From Spirochaetia bacterium (lineage in GTDB: Bacteria; Spirochaetota; Spirochaetia; SZUA-6; Bin103): DNA of 64,000 nucleotides. A program made the position numbers and the translations under genes. Below, one piece after another: positions 49,138-58,099 of this stretch. The notes under the pieces are model-generated. The model was given only the letters and a program-made list of their open reading frames with translations, did no database searches and had not been told where the DNA came from. Each line of letters opens with the position of its first letter. Positions within the stretch are counted from its first letter, which is position 1. The stretch lies in assembly GCA_965208575.1 (NCBI GenBank), contig CBDBOV010000005.1:1024001-1088000 (forward strand). Reading direction: 5' to 3'.

Positions 49138-50214
49138 TCACGGCGCCGAAATCGGGACCGGTTGCACACGTTTCGACGCCTGCTCGACGCGGCTGACGTG
49201 CAGCTTGATCGTTGCCGCATCGCTGCTCGCCCGTTGCACCGCGGCGGCCGTTTCGGCCATCGGCATGACGCCGGTGATCAGCGACTCGACTTCGATGCGG
49301 CGCGCGGCCAGCAGCGCCGCGCCGACCCGAAAGGCGCCGGCAAAGCGGAACGATCCGACCACGCGCAGCTCGCGCGCCATGATGGTGTTGAGCGGCGCCG
49401 CGAACGGTTGTTGCAGGGTGCCGATCTGCACCACGGTTCCGCCCGCGGCGGTGTGCTGCAGCGCCCACCGGAACGATGCCTCGGCGCCGGCGGCCTCGAA
49501 GGTCACCTCCGGGGCGCCGCCGTTCGCCATCGCGCGGGCTGAGGCCTGTTCGTCGCCGGGATCGAGCACCGCGTCGGCACGTGCGGCCGCCGCCTCCCGC
49601 GCCGCGCCGCGCGGGTCGCTCACCACCACCCGCACGGCGCCGAGCGCGCGCGCCACGGTGGCCACCAGCAGGCCGATGGTGCCGGCGCCGCTCACCGCCA
49701 CCACCTTGCCGGCGACGCCGTCCGCGCGCAGCACGGCATGGCATGCGACCGCCAGCGGCTCCAGCAGCGCGCCCACCGCGTAGCTCAGGTGGTCATCGAG
49801 CCGGTAGCAGTTGGCCGCCGGGACCGCCTTCAGGCCGCACAACACGCCGTCGGTGGGCGGGTCGGTGGCGGCGCTGCCGAAGTAGCGCATCTGCGGGCAC
49901 AGGTTGGAGCGCCCGCGCCGGCACCACGAACAGCGCAGGCACGCCCGCGACGGGTCCACCGCCACCCGGTCGCCGACCGCGATGCCGCCGGCCGCGCGCC
50001 CGACCGCGACCACCTCGCCGGCGAACTCGTGGCCGAGTATGAACGGACGCGACGGCACGAACGCGCCGACCCGCCCGTGCCGATAGTAGTGGATGTCGCT
50101 GCCGCAGATGCCCACCCGCTCCACGCGTACCAGCACCTCGTGGTCGTCCGGCCGCGGGTCGGGGCGCAGTTCGCGGCGCAGATCGTGCGTGCCGTGCAAT
50201 ACCCAGGCGTCCAT
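49138..50214 (-). CDS. Zn-dependent sugar-alcohol/L-idonate dehydrogenase (MDR)
   Basis: 'GICGSDIHYY', 'LGHEFAG', structural Zn 'CLRCSWC...NLC', 'EPLAVACHA', 'GAGTIG', 'GSFRF'. Confidence 0.9.
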   Translation of the reverse strand: MDAWVLHGTHDLRRELRPDPRPDDHEVLVRVERVGICGSDIHYYRHGRVGAFVPSRPFILGHEFAGEVVAVGRAAGGIAVGDRVAVDPSRACLRCSWCRRGRSNLCPQMRYFGSAATDPPTDGVLCGLKAVPAANCYRLDDHLSYAVGALLEPLAVACHAVLRADGVAGKVVAVSGAGTIGLLVATVARALGAVRVVVSDPRGAAREAAAARADAVLDPGDEQASARAMANGGAPEVTFEAAGAEASFRWALQHTAAGGTVVQIGTLQQPFAAPLNTIMARELRVVGSFRFAGAFRVGAALLAARRIEVESLITGVMPMAETAAAVQRASSDAATIKLHVSRVEQASKRVQPVPISAP

Positions 50215-50247
50215 CGCCGCCCACTCTATACCAGCCGCGTGCGCGGC

Positions 50248-50297
50248 GCGACCGCGGCGACCGGCGTGCGACCGTGCGCCGAGCGACCGAGCGACCG
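50248..50297. repeat. Five GCGACCG direct repeats in a divergent promoter region
   Basis: Copies at 50248, 50257, 50268, 50283, 50291. Confidence 0.7.
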
Positions 50298-50331
50298 CAA
50301 GTGATCGCATAACGCCTATACTGCACCGGTC

Positions 50332-50775
50332 ATGACCGCATCTCCGGCCCGGCGCACACCGGTCAGCGTCCGCCGTGCCCGAATCGTCGATACGCTCCTG
50401 ATCGCCCTGGTCGTGTTCGACCTCGTCGTGGCGGTCGGCGCATTCCTGTTTCCGCAGCTCTGGTACCGGATCCTGCACGGCGCCGAGCACGTGGATCCGG
50501 CGGGTCTGCTGAGGCGCACCGGAGCAATCTGGGTGGCGTTCACGGTCGTGCAGGTGCTCGCGCTGCCGCGCTGGCGTACCGCTCCCCACTGGCTGGTCCT
50601 GGTGTGCGGCATCCGGCTCAGCGAGCTGTTCGCCGACTGGACCTGGCTGGTGTTCGCCGAGCAGGTGACGCCGTTCGGCACCGCCGCGCTGCTGTTCACC
50701 CTGCCTGCCAACCTGCTGATCTGCTGGTTTCTGTTCGCCACCTACCGGCACGCGGTGCGGGAGCGCTCGGAGTAG
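50332..50775 (+). CDS. Hypothetical 4-TM membrane protein
   Basis: 147 aa, four hydrophobic segments carrying D/E/R/Q residues; high-GC3 codon usage; TATACT 9 nt upstream. Confidence 0.75.
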   Translation: MTASPARRTPVSVRRARIVDTLLIALVVFDLVVAVGAFLFPQLWYRILHGAEHVDPAGLLRRTGAIWVAFTVVQVLALPRWRTAPHWLVLVCGIRLSELFADWTWLVFAEQVTPFGTAALLFTLPANLLICWFLFATYRHAVRERSE

Positions 50776-50861
50776 CCGGGGATGCGATCCACCTGCGGGC
50801 CGGGCCCGGCGCGGCCCGCGAGCGGCGTTCGAGTTGGCGGCGGTCGCCGCTCGCGGGTGCG

Positions 50862-51881
50862 ATGCGAGTCCTGGTAACGGGAGGCGGCGGATTCGTCGGC
50901 CGCGCCGTCGTCGAGCGGCTGCTTGCCCGCGGCTACCAGGTGCGCTGCTTCGCCCGATCGGCCTACCCGGAACTGGCGGGCCGCGGGGTGGAAGTGATGC
51001 GTGGCGACCTGGCCGACCGGCGCGCTGCCGCGACTGCCTGCGCCGGCTGCGATGCGGTGGTGCACGCGGCGGCGCTGATCCCCGGCGTCGCCGAGCCGGC
51101 ACACCGCTACCGCGCCGTGAACGTGGGCGGCACGGAGGCGATCGTCGCCGGCTGCCGCGCCCATGGCGTGCCGCGGCTGGTATTCACCAGTTCGCCGAGC
51201 GTGGTGTTCGGCGGCCATGACCTGTGCGGGGTCGACGAGTCGGTTCCCTACCCGCGGCGCTACGACTCCCCCTACGCGCGTACCAAGGCGGAGGCCGAGC
51301 GCGTGGTGCTGGCCGCCAACGACGGCAGCCTGGCCACCACGGCGCTGCGGCCCCACCTGGTGTGGGGGCCGGGCGACGCGCACCTGGTGCCGGAGCTGAT
51401 CGCCCGGGCGCGCGCGGGCCGGCTGGTGCGCGTGGGGCGCGGCCCGTTCCGGGTCGACGTGACCTACATCGACTGCGCCGCCGAGGCGCACCTGCTGGCG
51501 CTCGACGCCCTGTCGCCCGGCAGCGCCGCGGCCGGCCGCGCCTACTTCATCTCGCAGGGCGAGCCGGTGGACCTGTGGCAGTTCGTCGGCCGGCTGCTGA
51601 ACATGGCCGGCGTAGCGCCGGTGCGCCGCCAGGTACCGCGCTGGCTGGCACTGGCCGCGGCCGGCGCCGTGGAGGGCGCGTTCCGAGTCTCCGGGCGCAC
51701 GGCGGCGCCGCCGCTGACCCGCTTCCTGGTGCGCGAGATCTCTTCCTCGCACTGGTTCGACACAGGCGCCGCGCGCCGCGACCTCGGCTACCGGCCGCCG
51801 GTTTCGATCGACGAGGGCCTCGTCCGGCTCGCGCGGTGGTGGCAGGCCGGCGGCGCAGCAGTCGGCGGTTACCGCGGCTAG
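50862..51881 (+). CDS. OleD-like 2-alkyl-3-oxoacyl reductase / 3-beta-HSD-family extended SDR
   Basis: 'MRVLVTGGGGFVG', 'YPEL...GV...RGDLAD', 'FTSSPSVV', 'YARTKAEAER.VLAAND', 'LRPHLVWGPGD', 'TYID.AA.AH', 'PLTRFL', 'ARRDLGY.P.VSIDEGL' match OleD as recalled over the whole length. Confidence 0.82.
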   Translation: MRVLVTGGGGFVGRAVVERLLARGYQVRCFARSAYPELAGRGVEVMRGDLADRRAAATACAGCDAVVHAAALIPGVAEPAHRYRAVNVGGTEAIVAGCRAHGVPRLVFTSSPSVVFGGHDLCGVDESVPYPRRYDSPYARTKAEAERVVLAANDGSLATTALRPHLVWGPGDAHLVPELIARARAGRLVRVGRGPFRVDVTYIDCAAEAHLLALDALSPGSAAAGRAYFISQGEPVDLWQFVGRLLNMAGVAPVRRQVPRWLALAAAGAVEGAFRVSGRTAAPPLTRFLVREISSSHWFDTGAARRDLGYRPPVSIDEGLVRLARWWQAGGAAVGGYRG

Positions 51882-53485
51882 CCGGTCTTCCAGTCGACCA
51901 GCTCGCTGAGCACCAGCATGCCGTCGTGCGGCATGCCGGGGTAGGTGTAGCCGGCCTGGCCGAGCGGCGGCACGTTGCTTACGCCGCGCGCCGCGATCCG
52001 CACCGCAAGCTCGCGTCGGCGCGGCTCGGGATACACCCCGGCGGTTGCCACGCCGGGATGCAGGAAGCGCAGCGCGCGCTCCAGGCTGGCTACCGGGCGG
52101 ACCACGATGAGCCGGCACAGCGGGTGCTCGGTGATGTTGAACTCCTGCGGCATCACCGCCACCGCGGAGTGGAACTCGCCGTCGGCACGGTTCTCGAACC
52201 AGGTGGCGCCCAGGAAGCTGCCGCGCTTCATGCGCCGGATCTGGCCCTGCTGGCTCCGGCTCAGCGCGGCCGGCGCGAAGCGGTCCCAGCGCCCGAGCTC
52301 GTCGCGCAGCGCGGCGGCGTAGCGCTCGGCGCCCGCCTGGTCCGCCTCCAGGTAGTGGATCTGCGAGGCGATGCACGCCTTCTGGCTTTGGATCAGCGTG
52401 TCGCACACCGCGCGGCCCACCACCTGCGGCAGGTCGTCGAACGCCTCGCGTCCGATCAGGCTTACGCCGTAGCGCGGGTTGAAGGTCACGGTCTTGGTGA
52501 AGGCGGCGCGCTCGCGCACCGACAGCACCGCGCCGGGGGCGCCCCACACCACGATGCGGTCGTAGCGGCCCGGCAGGAACAGCGGCGCCTCGAACTGCTC
52601 GTCGCCGCCCGGCCAGTACAGCACCGACAGGTGGCGGGTAAGCGGATGATCGGGAAAGGTGCGCGCGGCCAGCAGGGCCAGGTAGGCGCCCGCCAGGGTG
52701 GCGCCGTACGGCAGCTTGATGGTCGCGGCCGACTTGGTCCACAGGGCGCGCAGGAGCGAGGCCAGCGGCACCAGCGGCGAGTTGCCGGCGGTAATGTGGA
52801 GTTGGCGGGTGGGCAGGGCGCGCAGGCGCGGCACCGCGGCGGCGGGGTCGTAGCCGGCGATCGGCGGCAGATGCTGGGCGTGGATCAGGTGCACGGGAGC
52901 GGGATACACGGTGCCCGGCACCTCCACCCAGCCATCCAGGAAGCGCCGCCCCGGTATCTCCCAGGTAGCCAGGTCGGTGTCCACCATGGTCTCGGCGACG
53001 GCGCCCGCAAGCATCACCGGGAACATCGCAAAACCCGCTTCCACGTAGGGATCCGGTGCCTCCGACGTGGCGCGCACCCATGCCTTGACCTGGCGCAGCA
53101 ACTCCGCGTCGGCGCCGTACGCCTGCTGCAGGCCGTCCACGTAGCGCACCACGTCGCCGAATTCGAGGTCGTACAGCCCCGCGGCGAGCGTATCGAGATC
53201 GTCCTCCACCAGGTCGAGCGGCGTCACCTCCGGCAGCACCTGGTACTGCCAGGCGCCGGAGGCACGCATCGAGGCGCGGTCCAGTACCGGCTCACGCAGC
53301 ACCCACGCCCCGTTCAACCTGACCAGGGTCGGGGGATCGCCGCCGCCGCGCTGCCGCTCTTCGGTCGCGAAGGCGGCCTCGATTTCCCGCCTGCCGACCG
53401 CCGGCGGCGCAACCAGCGTGCCGCGCACCAGCGCCGGCACCGAGATTACGCCGTCGTCATCGGCCGCAATGGTCGGCTCGTCCAT
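51878..53485 (-). CDS. LuxC-like acyl-CoA/acyl-protein reductase
   Basis: 'HITAGNSP', 'LLRALWTKSAATIK', 'YWPGGD', 'IVVWG', catalytic 'QKACIAS', C-terminal 'PHDGMLVLSELV'. Confidence 0.85.
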   Translation of the reverse strand: MDEPTIAADDDGVISVPALVRGTLVAPPAVGRREIEAAFATEERQRGGGDPPTLVRLNGAWVLREPVLDRASMRASGAWQYQVLPEVTPLDLVEDDLDTLAAGLYDLEFGDVVRYVDGLQQAYGADAELLRQVKAWVRATSEAPDPYVEAGFAMFPVMLAGAVAETMVDTDLATWEIPGRRFLDGWVEVPGTVYPAPVHLIHAQHLPPIAGYDPAAAVPRLRALPTRQLHITAGNSPLVPLASLLRALWTKSAATIKLPYGATLAGAYLALLAARTFPDHPLTRHLSVLYWPGGDEQFEAPLFLPGRYDRIVVWGAPGAVLSVRERAAFTKTVTFNPRYGVSLIGREAFDDLPQVVGRAVCDTLIQSQKACIASQIHYLEADQAGAERYAAALRDELGRWDRFAPAALSRSQQGQIRRMKRGSFLGATWFENRADGEFHSAVAVMPQEFNITEHPLCRLIVVRPVASLERALRFLHPGVATAGVYPEPRRRELAVRIAARGVSNVPPLGQAGYTYPGMPHDGMLVLSELVDWKTG

Positions 53486-53494
53486 GGGTCGCCG

Positions 53495-54907
53495 TCAGCC
53501 CTGCATGGCGGCCATGATGCCGCCGCAGCCCTTTACCTCCCGTCCGGTAGCGCGCCCGATGTCGGAAATCGTCACGCCGCCCACCCCGCACGGGCAACCG
53601 CCGGTGCGGCGCCGCACGTTGTCGCCGGTGATGATGAATCCCGGATAGCAGGCCGCATAGGGATCGAGAAACCCGAAGCCGCCATGGATGTCGTCTCCGG
53701 TCACCGGCTCCAGGGCCTCGTCGAAGATCACCGTCTCGGTGATCGGCGGCACGTGGAAGCGGCCTTCGCGGCAGCGCGGGAACACCACCTGCGCCTCGGT
53801 CATCGAGTAACCCTCGTTGACGCGCTCCGGGCGGACGCCCAGGCTCTGCTCGATCAGCGCCAGGAACGCCGGCTCGTCGATCCGGTCGCCTTCGAAGCTC
53901 TTCCAGCCGCCGCCGTGAGACAGCATGCTGCCGGGCCGCAGTACGACTTCCTCGCCCTCCGCCACCAGCCACTCGCAGAACTCCTTGATCATGAACGGGG
54001 CGCCGAACAGCAGCGTTCGGCGGCGCGCGGCGATCGAGTCGCGCAGTGCGGCCAGCACGCGCCGGAAGTTGTCGGCCCGGCGCCGCACGGTGGCGTCCAG
54101 GAACGCATCGGAGAGCTGCCGTTCGCGCTCGTCGGCCGGACCGCGCACCAGCGCGCGCACCACCGTCGCCGACAGCTCCAGATCGAACAGAAAGGTGGCG
54201 CGCCCGACCATCCGGGCGAGCGTCTGCCCCACCACCTGCGTGCCCTGGGTACCGCCGGAGAACGACAGAAAGACGCCGTCGAAGCCGCGCAGGCCGCGGC
54301 GCCGGAAGAACTCGCCAAAGCCGTCCGGGCCGAGCATGCGCGCCGCGGTGCGGGCGGCGGTGCGTTCCCAGGCGCGCGCGGCGCCCTGGCGCATCTGAAA
54401 CAGGGGAATGTAGGACACCCCGAGCCCGGTAAGCTGCGACCAGGTGTAGGCATCGCGCGGGACGAACGAAATGTGCCCGCTGGTACCGGAACTGAATACC
54501 GTGTGGATGCCGTGCTCCGCCAGGCAGGCGAGCCATTGGTCGATCGAGGTCACGCCGTCGACGTCGGTTTCCACGGGACGGTCGAACACCTGCCGCAGCC
54601 AGCCATTCATGGCGCCGTAGTCGTGGTTGTCAATGTGTTCCTGGGGATACGACTTGAAGATGTGGTCGGTGGACATCATCTCGGCGGCGATCTGCGCCGT
54701 GTCGGCGTCGCGCTGCACCTCTGCCTGGTCGGCGAGCCGGCGATAGATCGGAACACGGTCGTAGTAGTGCCGGTGATTCGTGCGGATTGCCGCGAAGCGC
54801 AGTTTACGCGCATAATCCTCATCCACCGTACCGCTCATCGCCCAGCGCATTGCGAGGGCCGTGAGTTGCAGGTGGAGCGCGCGTATTTCGGCGTGGTGGT
54901 CAGACAT
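53495..54907 (-). CDS. LuxE-like acyl-protein synthetase (adenylate-forming)
   Basis: P-loop 'FSSGTSG', 'GGGWKS', 'YSMTE', 'FLDP....YPGFIITGD', C-terminal acylation motif 'GR..GREVKGCG'. Confidence 0.83.
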   Translation of the reverse strand: MSDHHAEIRALHLQLTALAMRWAMSGTVDEDYARKLRFAAIRTNHRHYYDRVPIYRRLADQAEVQRDADTAQIAAEMMSTDHIFKSYPQEHIDNHDYGAMNGWLRQVFDRPVETDVDGVTSIDQWLACLAEHGIHTVFSSGTSGHISFVPRDAYTWSQLTGLGVSYIPLFQMRQGAARAWERTAARTAARMLGPDGFGEFFRRRGLRGFDGVFLSFSGGTQGTQVVGQTLARMVGRATFLFDLELSATVVRALVRGPADERERQLSDAFLDATVRRRADNFRRVLAALRDSIAARRRTLLFGAPFMIKEFCEWLVAEGEEVVLRPGSMLSHGGGWKSFEGDRIDEPAFLALIEQSLGVRPERVNEGYSMTEAQVVFPRCREGRFHVPPITETVIFDEALEPVTGDDIHGGFGFLDPYAACYPGFIITGDNVRRRTGGCPCGVGGVTISDIGRATGREVKGCGGIMAAMQG

Positions 54908-55054
54908 GGGCCGCGATGCCGGCGCGCCAAACTACACAGGTTGGCCCTTCCCGGTCAACGGGCCGCTCGCACGTGGCGCAGCGGCGGATCGTGCCCTGTG
55001 CCCGCTAAGGATGTAGCAGTTGAACATGACCACGCGCCGACCCGGAGGCGCAGC

Positions 55055-57040
55055 GTGACCGCGAACACCAGCGTCGAGAGCCTCGGCGTCTATCTTCCCG
55101 AACGGGAAGTGACCACCACCGAAGTGGTAAAGGGCTGCCGGCGGCGCGTGTTGATTCCCCTGGAACGCCTGACCGGCATTCGCAGCCGGCGCATGGCCGG
55201 CGACACCGAGTTCTCCGTCGACCTGGCCCACAACGCGGTAGCGAGGTGCCTCGCCGGGTCGCGTCATGGCGCGGCGGATATCGACCTGATCGTCGCTGCC
55301 AATATCTCCAAGCAGGATTCGCCGCTTACCTACAACGTCGAGCCGACCACCGCCGCGGTGCTGCGCCGCCAGTTCGGCCTGCACCGCGCCCTTGCCTTCG
55401 ATCTGAGCAATGCGTGCGCCGGCGTATTCACGGCGATCATGGCGGTGGACGAGCTTATTCGGCGCGGTGACGTGCGCCGCGCGCTGGTGGTCAGCGGCGA
55501 GTACATCACCCATCTCACCGCCACCGCGCAGCGCGAGCTGCACGGGCTGCACGACGAACGGTTGGCGTGCCTGACCCTCGGGGATGCCGGCGTGTGCCTG
55601 CTGCTCGAGCACGGCGCGGGCTTCGACTTCATCGAAATCTACACCGTACCGGAGCACGCCGAGCTGTGCATTGCCCACTCTGCCGAGTCGCACGGGGCGA
55701 TCATGTTTACCGACTCGGTGCGCCTCGCTCGCGCCGGCATCGCCGAGGTTGTCACCCAGTACGAAAATGTCGCGGAGTCGGGCAGGGTCACCACCGAACC
55801 GCGCTACTTCATTCCGCACCAGACTTCCTCCAACTCGATCAAGGAAGCCACGCGCGCCACCAATCGCCGTCTCGGACGCCGCGTCTGCCACTCGGACAAC
55901 ATGGTGGACAACCTGCGGCACCGCGGCAACACGGCAACCACTTCGCACTGGGTAGCGGTCAAGGACCTGGTCGAGAGGTCTGCGTTGCAACCGGGCGATC
56001 GCGTGTTGTTCAGCATCACGGCGTCCGGGATCACCGTGGGCCTCGCTCAGTATCGCGTCGAGCAGTTCGCCGCCCGCATGGCGAACGGCGAGCCGGCGCC
56101 GCAGCCGCCACCGGCAGCCGCGTCGGACAACGCCGCGCGCGGTTACTACCGCGCCGTTCCCCCGGGTGAGCGCGTGCGGGTGAGCGCGGCGGCCACTGCT
56201 ACACCGGAAACGGATGCCGAACGCGGCAACGTCAAGCTCGCCGCGCATGCGGTGCGGCGTGCCCTGGACGCCGCGCACGCGCCGGCCGGCCAGCCGGGGC
56301 TGCTGGTGTATTCGGGGGTGTACCGGGAGGCGTTCATCTCCGAGCCGGCGCTGGCCACCATGGTGGCCAAGGAGCTGGGCATCAAGGGGTCTCGCCTCGA
56401 CCACAACGGGCCGCCGTTTCTGGCGTTCGACCTGATGAATGGACCGCCCGGCGTGTTGATGGCGTGCCAGGTAGCGGGTCGCATGCTGCTGTCGCGCGAC
56501 GGCGTGGCGGTGATCGCCGCCTCGGAGTTCAACGAAACCCCGGTCGACGGTCAGCCGCCGCTGGGACTGGCCAGTGCCGGCTCCGCCCTGGTGCTGGAGC
56601 GCAGTACCGGCCGGGCCGGCTTCCGCAGTTTCTTCGTCGACACGCATGCCGAGTACCTGGACTGGTACCGCGCGTACGCCTATACGGACGACTCGGGGCC
56701 GCCGCGGCTGCGCGTGGAACGCGACGACCGTCTGGCCGAGCGGCTGCCGGAGGCGGTGGCGGGGAGCGTGACCGAGCTGCTGCGCCGGGAGCGTGTTTCT
56801 CTCGACGACTTCGCGGTGATCTTTCCGCCGCAGCTTGGGCCGGAGTTCCTGGACCGGCTGGCGGACTGCCTCGGCGTGGAGCGCAGCAGGTTCGTGTCGT
56901 GCGGCGGCGGAAACCTGTTTACGGCCGCCCCGGCGGCGGGGTGGGAAGCGGCCGGCGCGCGCGCGGTCCCGGGCAGCCTGGGCCTGTTTCTTGCGGCCGG
57001 CGCCGGCATCGAAGTCGCCTGCGCCACCTACGAATTCTGA
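55055..57040 (+). CDS. Didomain KAS III/OleA-like condensing enzyme (active N-terminal + degenerate C-terminal thiolase-fold domain)
   Basis: GTG 55055 with GGAGG RBS. Domain 1: 'LTGIRSRR', 'VEPTTA', 'FDLSNAC', 'LTLGDAG', 'IPHQ', 'RGNT'. Domain 2: 'SEPALA', 'FDLMNGP', 'FPPQ', 'GNLF'. Confidence 0.85.
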   Translation: MTANTSVESLGVYLPEREVTTTEVVKGCRRRVLIPLERLTGIRSRRMAGDTEFSVDLAHNAVARCLAGSRHGAADIDLIVAANISKQDSPLTYNVEPTTAAVLRRQFGLHRALAFDLSNACAGVFTAIMAVDELIRRGDVRRALVVSGEYITHLTATAQRELHGLHDERLACLTLGDAGVCLLLEHGAGFDFIEIYTVPEHAELCIAHSAESHGAIMFTDSVRLARAGIAEVVTQYENVAESGRVTTEPRYFIPHQTSSNSIKEATRATNRRLGRRVCHSDNMVDNLRHRGNTATTSHWVAVKDLVERSALQPGDRVLFSITASGITVGLAQYRVEQFAARMANGEPAPQPPPAAASDNAARGYYRAVPPGERVRVSAAATATPETDAERGNVKLAAHAVRRALDAAHAPAGQPGLLVYSGVYREAFISEPALATMVAKELGIKGSRLDHNGPPFLAFDLMNGPPGVLMACQVAGRMLLSRDGVAVIAASEFNETPVDGQPPLGLASAGSALVLERSTGRAGFRSFFVDTHAEYLDWYRAYAYTDDSGPPRLRVERDDRLAERLPEAVAGSVTELLRRERVSLDDFAVIFPPQLGPEFLDRLADCLGVERSRFVSCGGGNLFTAAPAAGWEAAGARAVPGSLGLFLAAGAGIEVACATYEF

Positions 57041-57052
57041 TCCGGGAATCTT

Positions 57053-58099
57053 CTATTCGCGAATCGCGGCCGTGCGCAAGCCTCCGGCGGCCAGCACCAG
57101 CGCCAGCCCGGCGCGGAAGTCGATTTCCGGTCGAAACCCGAAGTCGCGGTACGAGCGGCTCATGTCGTAGAACACGTCGCGCGAGAGGTAGGCCAGCGCG
57201 TCGCGCGTTACCATGGCGCTCATGCCGGGGGCGAGCAACCGCACCGCCGCCGGCAGCAGCGGCCCGAGCAGCCGGCACAAGCCGGCGGGCACCGGCACTA
57301 TGGCCGGGGAAGACCGGCCGGTGAGTTCCGCATGCACGTCGAACAGGGCGCGCAGCGGCTGCGGATTGCCGGTAGCGGCGTTGTAGGTGGCGCCATCCGC
57401 CGCCGGAGCGGCCGCCGCCTGCACCATGAGGCGTGCGACATCGCTCACGTATCCGAAGTCGACCAGGTGGCGGCCGCCGTCCACCAGCGGAACGCGCCGC
57501 ATGCGCGCCATGGCCAGCGCGGCGGGCAGGAAGTGGCGGTCGCCCGGCCCATAGGTGGCGCTCGGCCGCACGATCGTGTAACCCAGCCCGCGCGCGCCGT
57601 ACTCGCGCACCACGCCTTCCGCTTCCACCTTGGAGCGTCCGTAGGCGGACAGCGGCGCCAGCGGGCTGTGCTCCCCGATCGGGGACGCCGCGCCGGGGCG
57701 ATAGACGCCGGTGGTACTGGCGAACACGAAGCGCCGTACGCCGGCATCGGTGCTCGCGGCGAGCATCCGCTCGGTCAGATCCACGTTGGCGGCGCGATAG
57801 GGCGCATAGTCCTCGCCGGCGCTGAACGGCGCGCCGGCGTGCAGATAGCCGGCAACGTGGAACACCGAGACCACGCCGCGCAGCGCGGCGGCGACGGCGG
57901 CGCGGTCGGACAGGTCGGCGCGCAGCACGTCGATGTTGGGGTGGCGGACGGCCGGCGGCCCGCTCGACGGGCGCAGCAGGCAGCGCACGGGATGGCCGGC
58001 GGCGGCCAGTTGGGCGGCCACTTCGCCGCCGATCATGCCGGAGGCGCCGGTGACCAGCGCCGGCGGACGGTCCGGTTCGCTGCGCCGCCTCGCCGTCAC
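57053..58099 (-). CDS. NAD-dependent epimerase/dehydratase, extended SDR (3-beta-HSD/HpnA-like)
   Basis: 'LVTGASGMIG', 'VFHVAG', 'FVFASTTGVY', 'YGRSK', 'RPSATYGPGD'; GTG start overlaps the GT1 stop. Confidence 0.88.
   Translation of the reverse strand: MTARRRSEPDRPPALVTGASGMIGGEVAAQLAAAGHPVRCLLRPSSGPPAVRHPNIDVLRADLSDRAAVAAALRGVVSVFHVAGYLHAGAPFSAGEDYAPYRAANVDLTERMLAASTDAGVRRFVFASTTGVYRPGAASPIGEHSPLAPLSAYGRSKVEAEGVVREYGARGLGYTIVRPSATYGPGDRHFLPAALAMARMRRVPLVDGGRHLVDFGYVSDVARLMVQAAAAPAADGATYNAATGNPQPLRALFDVHAELTGRSSPAIVPVPAGLCRLLGPLLPAAVRLLAPGMSAMVTRDALAYLSRDVFYDMSRSYRDFGFRPEIDFRAGLALVLAAGGLRTAAIRE

Noticed and set aside
51878-54907. Bioluminescence operon
   Set aside because: No luxA, luxB, luxD or luxG in the window; the context is lipid biosynthesis.
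51224-57040. 1938-aa ORF suggesting a giant synthase
   Set aside because: The first ~1277 codons overlap the OleD-like gene out of frame and run antisense to luxC/luxE, with no motifs. Only the part from GTG 55055 (own RBS) is a real gene.
50862-57040. Standard oleABCD olefin pathway
   Set aside because: No OleB hydrolase or OleC-type ligase present, the OleA homolog is a didomain protein, and gene order differs.
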